A stretch of DNA of 64,000 nt from a virus, in IMG/VR virus record IMGVR_UViG_3300027906_002394, positions 1 to 64,000 of that record, one strand, 5' to 3'. Below are positions 18,348 through 28,732 of this stretch, piece by piece. The notes beneath the pieces were generated by a model. It saw nothing but the letters and a program-made list of their open reading frames with translations, was not told the origin of the DNA and made no database searches. A program made the translations under genes and the position numbers. Numbering within the stretch: the stretch's first letter is position 1; the number at the start of each line of letters is the position of its first letter.

Positions 18348-18506
18348 TTATTTCCCTTGGCCCCTGTACTTCTTATAAGACCGTTTTTTGTTCTTGTTCA
18401 TCGATGAAGTAGAAATTTTAACCTTTCTACCTCTTCCACCTATACCTTGAGAGGTACTTTTCTTTACAGGAGTGTGCCTGCTCACTGCTTTCCATAATCT
18501 AGCCAT
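18348..18506 (-). CDS. Small basic protein (52 aa; not in ORF track)
   Basis: MARLWKAVSRHTPVKKSTSQG...SSMNKNKKRSYKKYRGQGK, a type seen in T4-like marine phages; GGAG RBS. Confidence 0.75.
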   Translation of the reverse strand: MARLWKAVSRHTPVKKSTSQGIGGRGRKVKISTSSMNKNKKRSYKKYRGQGK

Positions 18507-18517
18507 TCATTTCTCCA

Positions 18518-18937
18518 TTATTGCGTGTTAGATAACGGATTTTCAAGCGCCTCTTCAATCTGTGTTCGTATAGATTTTCTGATTTCAATAAGTTCCTTAC
18601 TAGTATCTCTTTCAAGTTCATATAGTCTCTTATCGGACGCTCTAACATCCGAGAACAGAGATTGCATATCTCCGTCTATTCTATTTATAGACTCTTTAGA
18701 CATGTCTGTTACAAGGACTGTTGACCCCATTCTCTCTTCAAGAACTGATAATCTTTCTTCTATACCCGACAAATCTGGTGCCTCATAGGTAGAAATCGCG
18801 GCTTGCATGTCTTGATAGGTCTTGTAGACCTCAAACGCACCATAAAGTCCACCAATTAGTGTACCAAGCGCAGTAAAGACAAGAAAAAGCCTTCCACCTT
18901 TGATTTTAATTCCACCAACATCTATTTCTGTACTCAT
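18518..18937 (-). CDS. Single-pass membrane protein with coiled coil
   Basis: N-terminal TM helix, then a heptad-rich region. Confidence 0.7.
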   Translation of the reverse strand: MSTEIDVGGIKIKGGRLFLVFTALGTLIGGLYGAFEVYKTYQDMQAAISTYEAPDLSGIEERLSVLEERMGSTVLVTDMSKESINRIDGDMQSLFSDVRASDKRLYELERDTSKELIEIRKSIRTQIEEALENPLSNTQ

Positions 18938-21060
18938 TCGTATTGACTCCTAATCATTTTTCGGATAGTCCCATGATTACTTTTAGACAGATTATATATT
19001 AACCTCGCGTTATCGTCAAGTTTATTATCATAGACAATGTAATTGACATTATAAAAGTCTCCATCTGTTAAATTTGATTCGTAATATGAACCTAAATCTA
19101 CCGAATTTTGAAGTGAAGCTATTGCTGCCGTCTGTCCAGAAGCAACTTTATTGGAACTTTCCATTTTTTGTTGTGCCACTCTTTCTGAAATAACCTCGGC
19201 AAGAGATTTTCGTGGCGCTTCTTGCTCTGGTTGTACCGTCATTACCTCAACTGGAATAATAGTAACACCAGTAACAGGTGTTCCAGATGAGATTAAATTA
19301 TTTTCAATTTCCATTTGCATTTGTTCTACTTGCAAATCCATTTTCATTTCATTCATTTCTGCATTATTTTCCAAGGTTTCGACTGAAACCCCACTCAAAT
19401 TTGAAAAAATTTGCGTGTCTGCACTAAAAAATTGGTTCGAGACACCCATTACACTAGAATTTCCCATACTTTGAGCGGTATTCTGTTGATTTTGAGCACT
19501 TTGAGTGATTTGATTAACCGTTGATCCCGATCCACCAGTTGCTCCTTGCCCAGATTCTTGGTTTTGTTGTTCTTCAGCCTGTTGACTACTATCATTATCA
19601 CCTTTTGATGACTCTTGACTCATTGTAACCGCACTTGCACTAATTTTTAATGCATTTTTAGTTTGTGCTAATGCGATTCTTGTTGCGAGAGGTGAAGTTT
19701 TTGGTTCGTTTACTGTTTCGGATGTTTCTTCGATTGGGTCTTCCTCTATTATAACCTCTTCAAACTCTTCCTCAACGATATCTTCTTCAAGAGTTTCTTC
19801 TAGTGTTTCTAATTCTTCTAATAATTCTTCTTCAAACATCTCTTCAAACAATTCTTCAGTTTCTTCATCAAACAATTCTTCAAGATACTCTTCAACTTCC
19901 TCTACATTTTCTTCAATTGCTTCCAACGCATCGGTACGAAATTCTTCCTCGATAATTTCTGGGAGTTCATCAATGGGCATGGTGAGAAAGTCTTGTTCTC
20001 CGATAAGTATTGGTTCAATATCGGATGAGGCAAAAAGGTCGATCCCTTCTTCCTCCATAAAGAACTCTTCTGGAAGTCCTGTGAAGAACTCATCGTCTTC
20101 TGCGATTCCTGTAAACTCTTCATCGTCTTCGATGATTCCGTACATTGCTCCTGTTTCTTCATCTGTCATCCACTCCTCTTCTTCTTCCATCATTTCTTCT
20201 AGTTGGTCTTCTATTAATGCTTCGTAATATCCATCACATGTATCATTATATAATGGGTCTAGGTCGCATTGTAAGTCATCGTAAGCATCTTGATACCCAT
20301 CACACTCAGTAGAATAGAAAGAATCACTATCACATTGTTGTGTTAGGAACGCGGCTGCGTAACCATCACAGTCTTGACTAGACAATGGGTCATATGCACA
20401 AGCTAATCCTTCACTTTCATATGATTTAGTCCCAGCATTTCCCGCCGCTGTACCATAGATGTAGTTAGCTTGTTGATTTGCAAAATATTCGTGTTGTACA
20501 TACTCATCTTCTGATATATCACCCATCACACCTATGAATATACTGTGATTGTTAATTTTTAAGTCGCCATACTCCATCGCGTAATCACCAGTTGGGAGTA
20601 TTTCTAAACTAAATGTGTTTTCGTGGTTCTTGTTGTATTCTTCTATTCTCACCCACCAGTACTTTGTTCCATCGGCACTAGTCTTAGAATAGAATCCCCC
20701 ATCATTATCTCTTTGTATTAGGTCTGTCCAGAAAGGAGCTATTGCATAACTAAACTTGTCTTGTTTGTTTGCTGCTATGTTTGCAACTTCTAATCCGTTA
20801 CAACACCAACCCTTGTCTGGCCAACTCTGAAAACCAAAGGTAGTTGGATTTCTAAACATGACAACACCGTTTGCCATCATCCAAGAGTTAGTATAATTTT
20901 CTCCATAGAAAGGAAATGTATGTCCTAGTGGTACATTCGCGTAACAGTCATCACATATAGTGTGGGATGTTGCATCTGAGGGAGGCGCAGTATATTGCCC
21001 AGCAGCTGGAGCTGCCAGAAATAATAATAACCCAACTAGTAATGTTTTTATCTTACCCAT
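18934..21060 (-). CDS. Large secreted protein: nidogen-like N-domain, Cys-Asp repeats, Glu-rich linker
   Basis: Signal peptide; FPFYGENY and IAPFWTDL (NIDO-like); three C-x-x-D-x-L/F...CDGY repeats; poly-E tract. Confidence 0.7.
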   Translation of the reverse strand: MGKIKTLLVGLLLFLAAPAAGQYTAPPSDATSHTICDDCYANVPLGHTFPFYGENYTNSWMMANGVVMFRNPTTFGFQSWPDKGWCCNGLEVANIAANKQDKFSYAIAPFWTDLIQRDNDGGFYSKTSADGTKYWWVRIEEYNKNHENTFSLEILPTGDYAMEYGDLKINNHSIFIGVMGDISEDEYVQHEYFANQQANYIYGTAAGNAGTKSYESEGLACAYDPLSSQDCDGYAAAFLTQQCDSDSFYSTECDGYQDAYDDLQCDLDPLYNDTCDGYYEALIEDQLEEMMEEEEEWMTDEETGAMYGIIEDDEEFTGIAEDDEFFTGLPEEFFMEEEGIDLFASSDIEPILIGEQDFLTMPIDELPEIIEEEFRTDALEAIEENVEEVEEYLEELFDEETEELFEEMFEEELLEELETLEETLEEDIVEEEFEEVIIEEDPIEETSETVNEPKTSPLATRIALAQTKNALKISASAVTMSQESSKGDNDSSQQAEEQQNQESGQGATGGSGSTVNQITQSAQNQQNTAQSMGNSSVMGVSNQFFSADTQIFSNLSGVSVETLENNAEMNEMKMDLQVEQMQMEIENNLISSGTPVTGVTIIPVEVMTVQPEQEAPRKSLAEVISERVAQQKMESSNKVASGQTAAIASLQNSVDLGSYYESNLTDGDFYNVNYIVYDNKLDDNARLIYNLSKSNHGTIRKMIRSQYE

Positions 21061-21521
21061 ATTGATAATACAGCGAAACAGATTGCGAAAACTACAAGTA
21101 CACCTCCACCAGCAATTGCTATAATCTGCATAGTTTCCATTATTTCTGCTTTCTTCTTTCTCCTTTCTCTTGCGAGTCTTTTTTCTTCTTCTTGTTCTTC
21201 ACGGATTCTATCTGCCCTCAACTTTAATATTTCTTGCCAAGTTCCAAACCCGAATCTCATGTCAATCATGTTTTTCATTTCTTCAATTTGTTCGTTGGCT
21301 AACTTCGCATCAATTACAGCATGGGCGGCACTTTTATGTGAACCAATTAAGGTCTTGTTTCCCCATCTCTCTTTATTGATTTGTTGTTGACCATCTAACG
21401 CATTGTCAACCATATCAAAAATTTGTCTTATGTCTTGAACGGTATTAATATTCTTTTTAATAAATTCAACACTTTGTTGTACTAGAGCAATTCCCGCCAA
21501 TGCGGTTGATACTGGTTCCAT
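21048..21521 (-). CDS. Membrane-anchored coiled-coil protein
   Basis: MEPVSTALAG start, RFGFGTWQEI, C-terminal TM helix. Confidence 0.7.
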   Translation of the reverse strand: MEPVSTALAGIALVQQSVEFIKKNINTVQDIRQIFDMVDNALDGQQQINKERWGNKTLIGSHKSAAHAVIDAKLANEQIEEMKNMIDMRFGFGTWQEILKLRADRIREEQEEEKRLARERRKKKAEIMETMQIIAIAGGGVLVVFAICFAVLSIWVR

Positions 21522-21532
21522 AGTGGATATCC

Positions 21533-22651
21533 TTATTCGTCAATTGTACACACCTCTTCATCGGGGTAGTCTTCACAGAAATCCTTTTTATCCCATACTT
21601 TATACTCTACCTTTTCGTTACCATCTTTAAAAAACCGAATTTCCTTCTCGATGAGAGCATCCTCTGGAGCAAAGTCTGGGTTTCTTTCCCAATGACCCAA
21701 AGCTTCTTCTCCAATTTTACCACGATACGGGCACGGCGTGCCGGCCATTAGCATCGCATTGAAAACGCGAGCATCTTGGCACATCAAAGATACAGCAGCT
21801 ACCTTCATCCCCATATCATATAAACCACGGCTTAATTTAATCCTTTCACAGTTTTCATCTCGAACTGTTTTACCAGCACTAATACCAAACACCTGTGTTT
21901 GTACCGCACCACCAACACCAGTAGTACATAAGTCTTGTGAATAAGACCCACCTATTGCCGGCGCAATAGCACTCGGAGGCGGCGACTTGACTTCTTGTTC
22001 TATTTTCTGTGTTGTTTCATTCCTGTTTATGTTCTCGTTTCTATTATTCGATGTAACATTGGAATCACTTGTACTATTAGATTGGTTGATATTAGTATTC
22101 GTATTGCTATTGGTGTTATTCGTAGTTGTGTTATTAGTAATGTTACTGTTGTTATTACTTGTGCTGTTTGAGGTAACATTACTAGTATTGTTATTCGTAT
22201 TATTCTGGTTTACTGTCTGATTAATAGTACTATTATTAGTATTAGTATTATTATTGGTATTGTTACTAGTGCTGTTAATAGTATTATTATTAGTATTGAA
22301 ATTAGTATTTGTACTTGTTCCAGTATAAGTCGTATTGTTGTTATTGTTATTGGTATTCGTACTCGTACCATTATAAGTTGTAGTGTTCACATTGTTATTA
22401 TTATTGGTATTGGTATTCGTGCCAGTATAAGTTGTAGTGTTCACATTGGTGTTATTATTGGTATTTGTTTGCGTACCTGTTGTAGTAGTAGTATTATTAT
22501 TAGTATTGTTGTTGGTATTGGTATTATTCGTAGTGCTGTTAACTGTGCTATTTGTAGTTGTGTTAACAGTACTGGTCGTGTTATTAGCCAGAGCTGGCCC
22601 TGCTATCAACAGCATGCCAATAATAAGACATATCTGCTTCCTAAGTTTCAT
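21533..22651 (-). CDS. Secreted Asn/Thr-repeat protein with Cys-containing C-terminal domain
   Basis: AGGAG RBS, signal peptide ending ALA, ~190 aa of N/T/S repeats, then SPPPSAIAP...DLC...DENCERIK...GMKVAAVSLMCQD...AGTPCP. Confidence 0.8.
   Translation of the reverse strand: MKLRKQICLIIGMLLIAGPALANNTTSTVNTTTNSTVNSTTNNTNTNNNTNNNTTTTTGTQTNTNNNTNVNTTTYTGTNTNTNNNNNVNTTTYNGTSTNTNNNNNNTTYTGTSTNTNFNTNNNTINSTSNNTNNNTNTNNSTINQTVNQNNTNNNTSNVTSNSTSNNNSNITNNTTTNNTNSNTNTNINQSNSTSDSNVTSNNRNENINRNETTQKIEQEVKSPPPSAIAPAIGGSYSQDLCTTGVGGAVQTQVFGISAGKTVRDENCERIKLSRGLYDMGMKVAAVSLMCQDARVFNAMLMAGTPCPYRGKIGEEALGHWERNPDFAPEDALIEKEIRFFKDGNEKVEYKVWDKKDFCEDYPDEEVCTIDE
22372..22448. repeat. 23-bp direct repeat at 54-bp period inside the Asn/Thr tract
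   Basis: TATAAGTTGTAGTGTTCACATTG at 22372 and 22426 (encodes NVNTTTY units). Confidence 0.8.
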
Positions 22652-22706
22652 TTTTCTCCTCTGTTGGAATATGTTATACAAATTCATTCCAAATTAGGAA
22701 TTCTGC

Positions 22707-22788
22707 TTGACTTCCTCTCTCACTTGTGGTATAGTATAGTACTATAATCCCTATTTATAATTAAGCGGGCCTGAAGTCGATATAAATA
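22707..22788. promoter_or_regulatory. Divergent promoter region
   Basis: + strand TTGACT-17-TATAGT (22707-22735); minus-strand late TATAAATA (22752-22759); + strand late TATAAATA (22781-22788). Confidence 0.7.
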
Positions 22789-22815
22789 TTGATACTAAAT
22801 TATTTCGGAAAAATT

Positions 22816-23520
22816 ATGAAACCTACACCGCTTACCTTATTGATAGGACAAACGATTGCTCAACTTTCAGTCATACCCATGTTTTTCATTGGTACGCCTG
22901 TAACTTGGGCTATCTGTGCTTTTATGTATTTTGGAATTATGACTTTTGGTATCACTATGGGATATCATCGATACTGGAGTCATTACAGTTTTAAATGTTC
23001 TAAATGGTTAGAATATGTTATGATGTTTTTTGCCCATATTATGATGGTCGGGCCCGCGTTGGCTTGGGTAGCACAACATAGAGAACATCATGACCACGCG
23101 GATACGGAGAAAGACCCTCACTCACCAGAGTATCAAGGATTCATTCGTTGTTATTACTCTCAAGTGATGTCTTTACCTAAAATGTGGTACATAAAAAAAG
23201 ACTTGATGAAAAATGATTTATGTAAGGCTCAACACAGATACTATTGGCACTTTCTGGGTATTTTCGGGTTGATACTTGCATTGATAGACCCATATGCATT
23301 GATATACGCATGGTTAGCTCCAGCAGGATTTGCTAAGTTAATAGGGTCAATAGTTTTTGTTCACTCACATAGAGGTGGAACGCCTAGGAGTGATTATTGG
23401 TTGGGAATGGTTACATTTGGTGAAGGGTTTCACGCGAAACATCACGATGAACCTTGGAGTTGGAATTTTCATCCTTGGGATATAGGTGGAAAAATTATTC
23501 GGTTATTAAAACATGCTTAG
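22816..23520 (+). CDS. Membrane fatty-acid desaturase (delta-9-like)
   Basis: Three His boxes GYHRYWSH, HREHH, GEGFHAKHH; DPHSP; TM helices. Confidence 0.9.
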   Translation: MKPTPLTLLIGQTIAQLSVIPMFFIGTPVTWAICAFMYFGIMTFGITMGYHRYWSHYSFKCSKWLEYVMMFFAHIMMVGPALAWVAQHREHHDHADTEKDPHSPEYQGFIRCYYSQVMSLPKMWYIKKDLMKNDLCKAQHRYYWHFLGIFGLILALIDPYALIYAWLAPAGFAKLIGSIVFVHSHRGGTPRSDYWLGMVTFGEGFHAKHHDEPWSWNFHPWDIGGKIIRLLKHA

Positions 23521-24211
23521 AAAAAGAGATTTACCCACAGTTGCAAAACTGGATATAGAATTTGATATTGACAAAATAAAACATTACATAGACTCACTAG
23601 ACCAAGGTGGTTGGGGTGATGTTTATGAATCAAATGAAGGTATTACAAATTTCGCTAACGCGGATTTTATAAGAGGACTTGAATATAACGACTTTAAGGA
23701 ATATCCATGTCAATACCTTAGACCAGAATACTGGGAAGAAATGAAGAACCCCAGTTTAAATTTGGGTAAGAGTAAAACAGAAGTATACAGAAACAAACAC
23801 GAGAGAACAGATAAACTCTCTCCAGTTGGTAATGAACATATGTGGGATTTTGATATGCCCCATTATAGAGGTAGTTATATACAAAAACATATAACAGAAA
23901 ACTTCAAGGCGGAGTCTTGTAGGACTAGAATACATTGGTTACCAAAAGGAAAACAGATACAACCGCATATTGATTATGATGCTTCATATGCAGTTAGAAT
24001 TGTAGTACCTATATCGGGTACGGATAATGTTATAAACGCCTTCTGGCCAAAGAACCAGAGGGAAGAATATAATTTGAAAGCAGATGGTTCAGCTTATTTT
24101 ATAAACATCGGTTACAAACATGCCGTTGAACATAATGGAAGTGAAGATAGAATTGCTTTGTTATTTACATTGAAGAGCCAAGAAGATGTGGAAGATTACG
24201 CCATACAATAA
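23513..24211 (+). CDS. 2OG-Fe(II) oxygenase, Asp/Asn beta-hydroxylase-like domain
   Basis: IQPHID, RIVVPI, YFINIGYKHAVEHNGSEDRIAL. Confidence 0.7.
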   Translation: MLRKRDLPTVAKLDIEFDIDKIKHYIDSLDQGGWGDVYESNEGITNFANADFIRGLEYNDFKEYPCQYLRPEYWEEMKNPSLNLGKSKTEVYRNKHERTDKLSPVGNEHMWDFDMPHYRGSYIQKHITENFKAESCRTRIHWLPKGKQIQPHIDYDASYAVRIVVPISGTDNVINAFWPKNQREEYNLKADGSAYFINIGYKHAVEHNGSEDRIALLFTLKSQEDVEDYAIQ

Positions 24212-24764
24212 GAAGTATAAAAAACAATGGGAAGAATTTAGAGAACAGGCACTCGCGGAAGACAACGATTCTCTTATAGAAGAAAAACTAGACCCAGAAA
24301 CCCTTGACGGAGTATTTCATCTTTTATTTGAAGATGATGTATTAGCATCTGTTCAAGCAGCTGAGATTGACCATTATACTGGTAATCCTACAGCGATAAG
24401 AATGTGTAGATTACATACTCTTAGAAAATACAGAAGGACATCCTATGGTATGCCTTTATGTAGATACCAGATAGAGTGGTCTAGGGATATGGGATATGAA
24501 CATGTGTGGTGGTCGGTTGATGTTAATAGAACAGGATATAACGCGATACACCAAGGAACGCGGAGGTCACCAAACTATGAAGATTGGAAAGAAGATTTTG
24601 ATGGTTGGTGGAAAGATATTGTCTTTAACCAAAAGTATTTGTTTAAAGTTGACCCTGTAGCAGAATATTATCAATATATTTATGTTATTAATTTAGTAGA
24701 TAAGGAATTCATTCCTCAAAAGAATGTGGTTCCTTTTGATTTGGAGATAAGAAATGAACATTGA
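24186..24764 (+). CDS. GNAT-like acyltransferase
   Basis: RMCRLHTLRKYRRTSYG motif-A-like; EWSRDMGYEHVW. Confidence 0.5.
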   Translation: MWKITPYNKKYKKQWEEFREQALAEDNDSLIEEKLDPETLDGVFHLLFEDDVLASVQAAEIDHYTGNPTAIRMCRLHTLRKYRRTSYGMPLCRYQIEWSRDMGYEHVWWSVDVNRTGYNAIHQGTRRSPNYEDWKEDFDGWWKDIVFNQKYLFKVDPVAEYYQYIYVINLVDKEFIPQKNVVPFDLEIRNEH

Positions 24765-25344
24765 ACATGAAACAGTAGCACGATGGTTTAATTATGTTAG
24801 AGAAAAATCGAACCCTCGATTCACGGAATGCTTTTGGGATACACAGTTAAAATCCAAGGCAGAAATCATAGACAACCTACCACAAGACGAACACGGAAAC
24901 TATTTTGTTTTCGGTGGGTGGTTTGGTGTCCTCGCACATTTACTTGATGACAATATAATATCGAATGAAATCTATAGTGTGGATATTGACCCACAATGTA
25001 AAGAAGTTGGTGACATATATTTTCTTAGAGAAAATATCACTTATGTAACAGCAGATATGTGTGGTTATCAGTATTCTAAGAACCCACATGTTGTTATTAA
25101 TACCAGTACTGAACATTTACACCAGTACAAGTATGATGAATGGTGGAATGGTATTCCAGAAGGTACATTTTATGTTGTACAAGGAAATGACCTTAAAATA
25201 CCAGAACATGTTCGTACATTTTCCTCTTTAGAGTATTTTAAAGAGTGGAACAGATGTACTAAGATTACTTATGAGTCAGGCATGGAATTGCCAGGCCCAA
25301 ACAATTCCACTTACACTAGATACACGGTTATGGGATACAAATAA
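24754..25344 (+). CDS. Class I SAM-dependent methyltransferase
   Basis: VFGGWFGVLA, SVDIDP, TADM, VINTSTEH. Confidence 0.75.
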   Translation: MNIEHETVARWFNYVREKSNPRFTECFWDTQLKSKAEIIDNLPQDEHGNYFVFGGWFGVLAHLLDDNIISNEIYSVDIDPQCKEVGDIYFLRENITYVTADMCGYQYSKNPHVVINTSTEHLHQYKYDEWWNGIPEGTFYVVQGNDLKIPEHVRTFSSLEYFKEWNRCTKITYESGMELPGPNNSTYTRYTVMGYK

Positions 25345-26096
25345 TGAATGTAGCAATTATTGGTTATGGGTTTTGTGGTAAAGCAACCGAGAGAATTCTA
25401 AAAAAGGTTGCCGGAATAAAAAGAATTCAAATTCAAGACCCCAAGTATAATAAAAAAATATCTCCAGATGAGTGGGATATGATTAGGTATGCTTTTGTAT
25501 GTGTGCCTACCCCCTTAACCAAAAACATGAGTATTATGGATCATTGGTATGAAGGTGATTTGTTTGATATGTCCATTATAGAAGAAGCAATATCTACTAT
25601 ACCGAACAATGTAATAACAGTTATTCGTAGTACCATTGGCCCAGAATCTATAAAGAAAAATTGGGTTCATTGGCCAGAGTTCTTGCGAGAAAGTCATTGG
25701 GAAGAAGACGCGGATGATAAGTCTATCCCTATTATTATTGGTGATGGAAACCAAGAGATGTCAGATTGGTTCCCAGACCGACATACAATTTTTACTACTG
25801 CTAAAACAGCAGCGATGTATAAGTTGTCTAGGAACGCGATGTTAGCTGCTAAAGTAACTCTCGCCAACTACATTCAGAGAGTTTGTCAAGAGTATGATAC
25901 CGATTATATTGATGTAGCACAGTTGTTAAAGGAACACGCGAATCTTGGAACCTCTCATTGGGAGGTGCCAGGCCCAGATGGTGATTATGGGTTTGGTGGT
26001 TCTTGTTTTCCCAAAGATACAACCCATCTTGCTTCGCTAACAGGTGGACACAATATATTTGATTATGTTTTGAGGTGTAATGAACGAGATCGCTAA
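25344..26096 (+). CDS. UDP-glucose 6-dehydrogenase-like protein (short form)
   Basis: IIGYGFCG, FVCVPTP, RSTI, PEFLRE, GFGGSCFPKD. Confidence 0.85.
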   Translation: MNVAIIGYGFCGKATERILKKVAGIKRIQIQDPKYNKKISPDEWDMIRYAFVCVPTPLTKNMSIMDHWYEGDLFDMSIIEEAISTIPNNVITVIRSTIGPESIKKNWVHWPEFLRESHWEEDADDKSIPIIIGDGNQEMSDWFPDRHTIFTTAKTAAMYKLSRNAMLAAKVTLANYIQRVCQEYDTDYIDVAQLLKEHANLGTSHWEVPGPDGDYGFGGSCFPKDTTHLASLTGGHNIFDYVLRCNERDR

Positions 26097-27357
26097 ATAC
26101 TTAGACGATATAACCAGAAGAAACAATGCAATAGGTAAAGGTTTCTGTGTATTGAAGTGGTGGCACTTAGAAATGCACTTAGGTACAGGTAACTATCATT
26201 CCTGTTTTCATTGTCCCCAACAAAATCTTAAACTTGATGAAGATATGCACAACACTCTTCACAAGATGCAACAAAGAAAGACCATGTTAGAAGGTGGTAG
26301 ACCAGATGAGTGTTCTTATTGTTGGAAGGCGGAAGATAGTGGCGCTGTAAGTCCTAGAACAACATTGTCTTCCATATACACTCACATGGAAGAGGATATT
26401 ATAGAAACAACTGCTAAATTGGATTGGGATGATTATGTATATCCAAAATATTTGGAAATGAGTTTTTCTAATACATGTCAAATGAAATGTTCTTATTGCG
26501 CTCCCTCTTTGAGTTCTACCTTATTACAGGAAATCAAAAAGGAAGGGGCATACCCATTATCAGACCCAGAGAATCGCGGTCAATACGAATTAAATGGTAC
26601 TGAAGAACTTTATAAGGATGATGATAACCCTCTTCTGGATAAGTTCTGGGATTGGTTTGATGAAGCGAGAAAACATCTTGATACATTGAGAATTACAGGC
26701 GGAGAACCTTTATTACACAAGAGTACTTTCGAGATGATGGATAGATTGCGTGGGGAGAGTATTAACTTCCATGTAAACAGCAATCTATCAGTTTCTAATA
26801 GAAGAGTGACAGAAGCATGTAACTTATTACCAGCGAAGTCTAAGATATATGCTAGTGTTGATACATTTGGACAACAGGCTGAGTGGATTAGACATGGACT
26901 TAATTGGGACTTGTTTGACCAAAATGTTCTTACTGTTATTAATCATAAAATCCCATTGAGTTTTATGACAACATTTTGTTTATTAAGTATACCAAGATTT
27001 AAAGACTTTTTGTATTATGTTATACAGTTAAAAGATATTGGGGATGTTTTGATTGATACACCATTTATGACTAATCCCCCACACCTGTCTTGTCTTATAA
27101 TGGATGATGATATGAGGGAAACATTAGAAGATAGTTACCAGTTTATGTCATATAATAAAGAATTCAATCACGCGGAAGTTGTAAAGTTTGAAAGATTACT
27201 TAAATGGGTAGATGCAAATAGGTTTACTGGAGAACGCCTAAATAGTCATAGAAAAGATTTTAAAACATTTGTCGATGAACATGACAAACGCAGAGGCACG
27301 GATTGGCACAAAGCGTTTCCAGAGTTGACATATTTTTATGAGTTATGTGATGTCTAA
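26080..27357 (+). CDS. Radical SAM protein with N-terminal SPASM/twitch-like region (1/7)
   Basis: CQMKCSYC, ITGGEP; N-terminal C...W...SCFH...ECSYCW. Confidence 0.9.
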   Translation: MNEIAKYLDDITRRNNAIGKGFCVLKWWHLEMHLGTGNYHSCFHCPQQNLKLDEDMHNTLHKMQQRKTMLEGGRPDECSYCWKAEDSGAVSPRTTLSSIYTHMEEDIIETTAKLDWDDYVYPKYLEMSFSNTCQMKCSYCAPSLSSTLLQEIKKEGAYPLSDPENRGQYELNGTEELYKDDDNPLLDKFWDWFDEARKHLDTLRITGGEPLLHKSTFEMMDRLRGESINFHVNSNLSVSNRRVTEACNLLPAKSKIYASVDTFGQQAEWIRHGLNWDLFDQNVLTVINHKIPLSFMTTFCLLSIPRFKDFLYYVIQLKDIGDVLIDTPFMTNPPHLSCLIMDDDMRETLEDSYQFMSYNKEFNHAEVVKFERLLKWVDANRFTGERLNSHRKDFKTFVDEHDKRRGTDWHKAFPELTYFYELCDV

Positions 27358-28732
27358 ACCTAATGAATTCTGGATTGAACAACTAAAACAGAAAAGAGAA
27401 AAGATTAATCAAATTAGTCCTTCTTTTTGTTCTGCTAAGTGGTTACAGACTACTCTGTATTTGCAGAATGGTTATAATCACTCATGTCACCATCCTTCAC
27501 CACATAAAATACCTGTGGAAGAAGTATTAGAGAATCCAGCAGCTCTTCATAATAGTAAGTATAAGAAACAACAAAGAATTAAGATGCTCAATGGTGAGAG
27601 ACCTAGTGAGTGTGATTACTGTTGGAGAATAGAAGACCAAGGTAAGGGACACTTCTCTGACCGTCATTATAAGACTGCTGATTGGTGGTCATGGGATAAG
27701 GTTGATGTTATTGCAACCGACAACCCAAGTAAAGATGTGTATCCAACATATCTAGAAGTATCGTTCTCAAACGCATGTAATTTCGCGTGTGCTTATTGTT
27801 CACCAGAGATAAGTTCTGAGTGGATGAAAGATATAGAAAAGAATGGTGACTATCCTGTGGAGTTTGGTTCTGGTAATTTAGACTATTTAAAGTCTGTGGA
27901 AAAGTTTCCATATAAACACTCTGACCCGAACCCATATGTTGATGCATTTTGGAAATGGTTTCCAGAAGCACTTCCTCATCTAAGAGTATTTCGTATTACT
28001 GGTGGTGAACCCACTATGAGTAAAGATGTGTGGAAAGTAATAGATTACATATATGATAATGCACAACCAGAACTGTCTATTGCAATTAATAGTAATCTTG
28101 GTACAGACCCAAGACTTATACAGAGACTTGTTGACGCATGTAACAAATTAAAAGACAAAGTTAAACAAATTGAGATATATACAAGCTGTGAAGCAACTGG
28201 AGAACAAGCAGAATATATTAGAGATGGATTAGACTATGATTACTGGCGTGGTAATGTAGAGAAGGTTTTATCAGAGACAGATGCTAATGTAGCAATGATG
28301 ACTACATTAAACATATTGAGTATGACTACATTTGAGAACTTCATTGAAGACATAATGCAGTTAAGAATCAAATATAATAAAGATTTAGCAAATAACAGAA
28401 TACCGTTAAGTATAAACTATTTAAGATTCCCGCCTCATTTACAATGTACTCTATTGGATAGAAATACTAGAATATCCTATGCATCTGACTATGAGTTAAC
28501 CGCGAAGATTTGGTTGAAATATAATTCACCAGACAAGTTCGCAAGAATTTATTTGGAAGAGTATGACCAGATACAGAGGTTCTGCGAATACCTTAGGCAA
28601 GAACATAAAGGTGCTGAAAAATATAGAGCAGACTTTGTAAATTATATAAAAGCCTACGATATCAGAAGGTCGAAAAACTTTAGCAAAACTTTTCCAGAAT
28701 ATAAACATTTATTGGAGTGGTGGGATGCCTAA
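27350..28732 (+). CDS. Radical SAM protein with N-terminal SPASM/twitch-like region (2/7)
   Basis: CNFACAYC, ITGGEP; FCSAKW...SCHHP...ECDYCW. Confidence 0.9.
   Translation: MSKPNEFWIEQLKQKREKINQISPSFCSAKWLQTTLYLQNGYNHSCHHPSPHKIPVEEVLENPAALHNSKYKKQQRIKMLNGERPSECDYCWRIEDQGKGHFSDRHYKTADWWSWDKVDVIATDNPSKDVYPTYLEVSFSNACNFACAYCSPEISSEWMKDIEKNGDYPVEFGSGNLDYLKSVEKFPYKHSDPNPYVDAFWKWFPEALPHLRVFRITGGEPTMSKDVWKVIDYIYDNAQPELSIAINSNLGTDPRLIQRLVDACNKLKDKVKQIEIYTSCEATGEQAEYIRDGLDYDYWRGNVEKVLSETDANVAMMTTLNILSMTTFENFIEDIMQLRIKYNKDLANNRIPLSINYLRFPPHLQCTLLDRNTRISYASDYELTAKIWLKYNSPDKFARIYLEEYDQIQRFCEYLRQEHKGAEKYRADFVNYIKAYDIRRSKNFSKTFPEYKHLLEWWDA

Noticed and set aside
21987-22747. Hydrophobic + strand ORFs and possible CRISPR-like repeats
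   Set aside because: Antisense shadow of Asn/Thr codons; the repeats are in-frame coding units with only two exact copies
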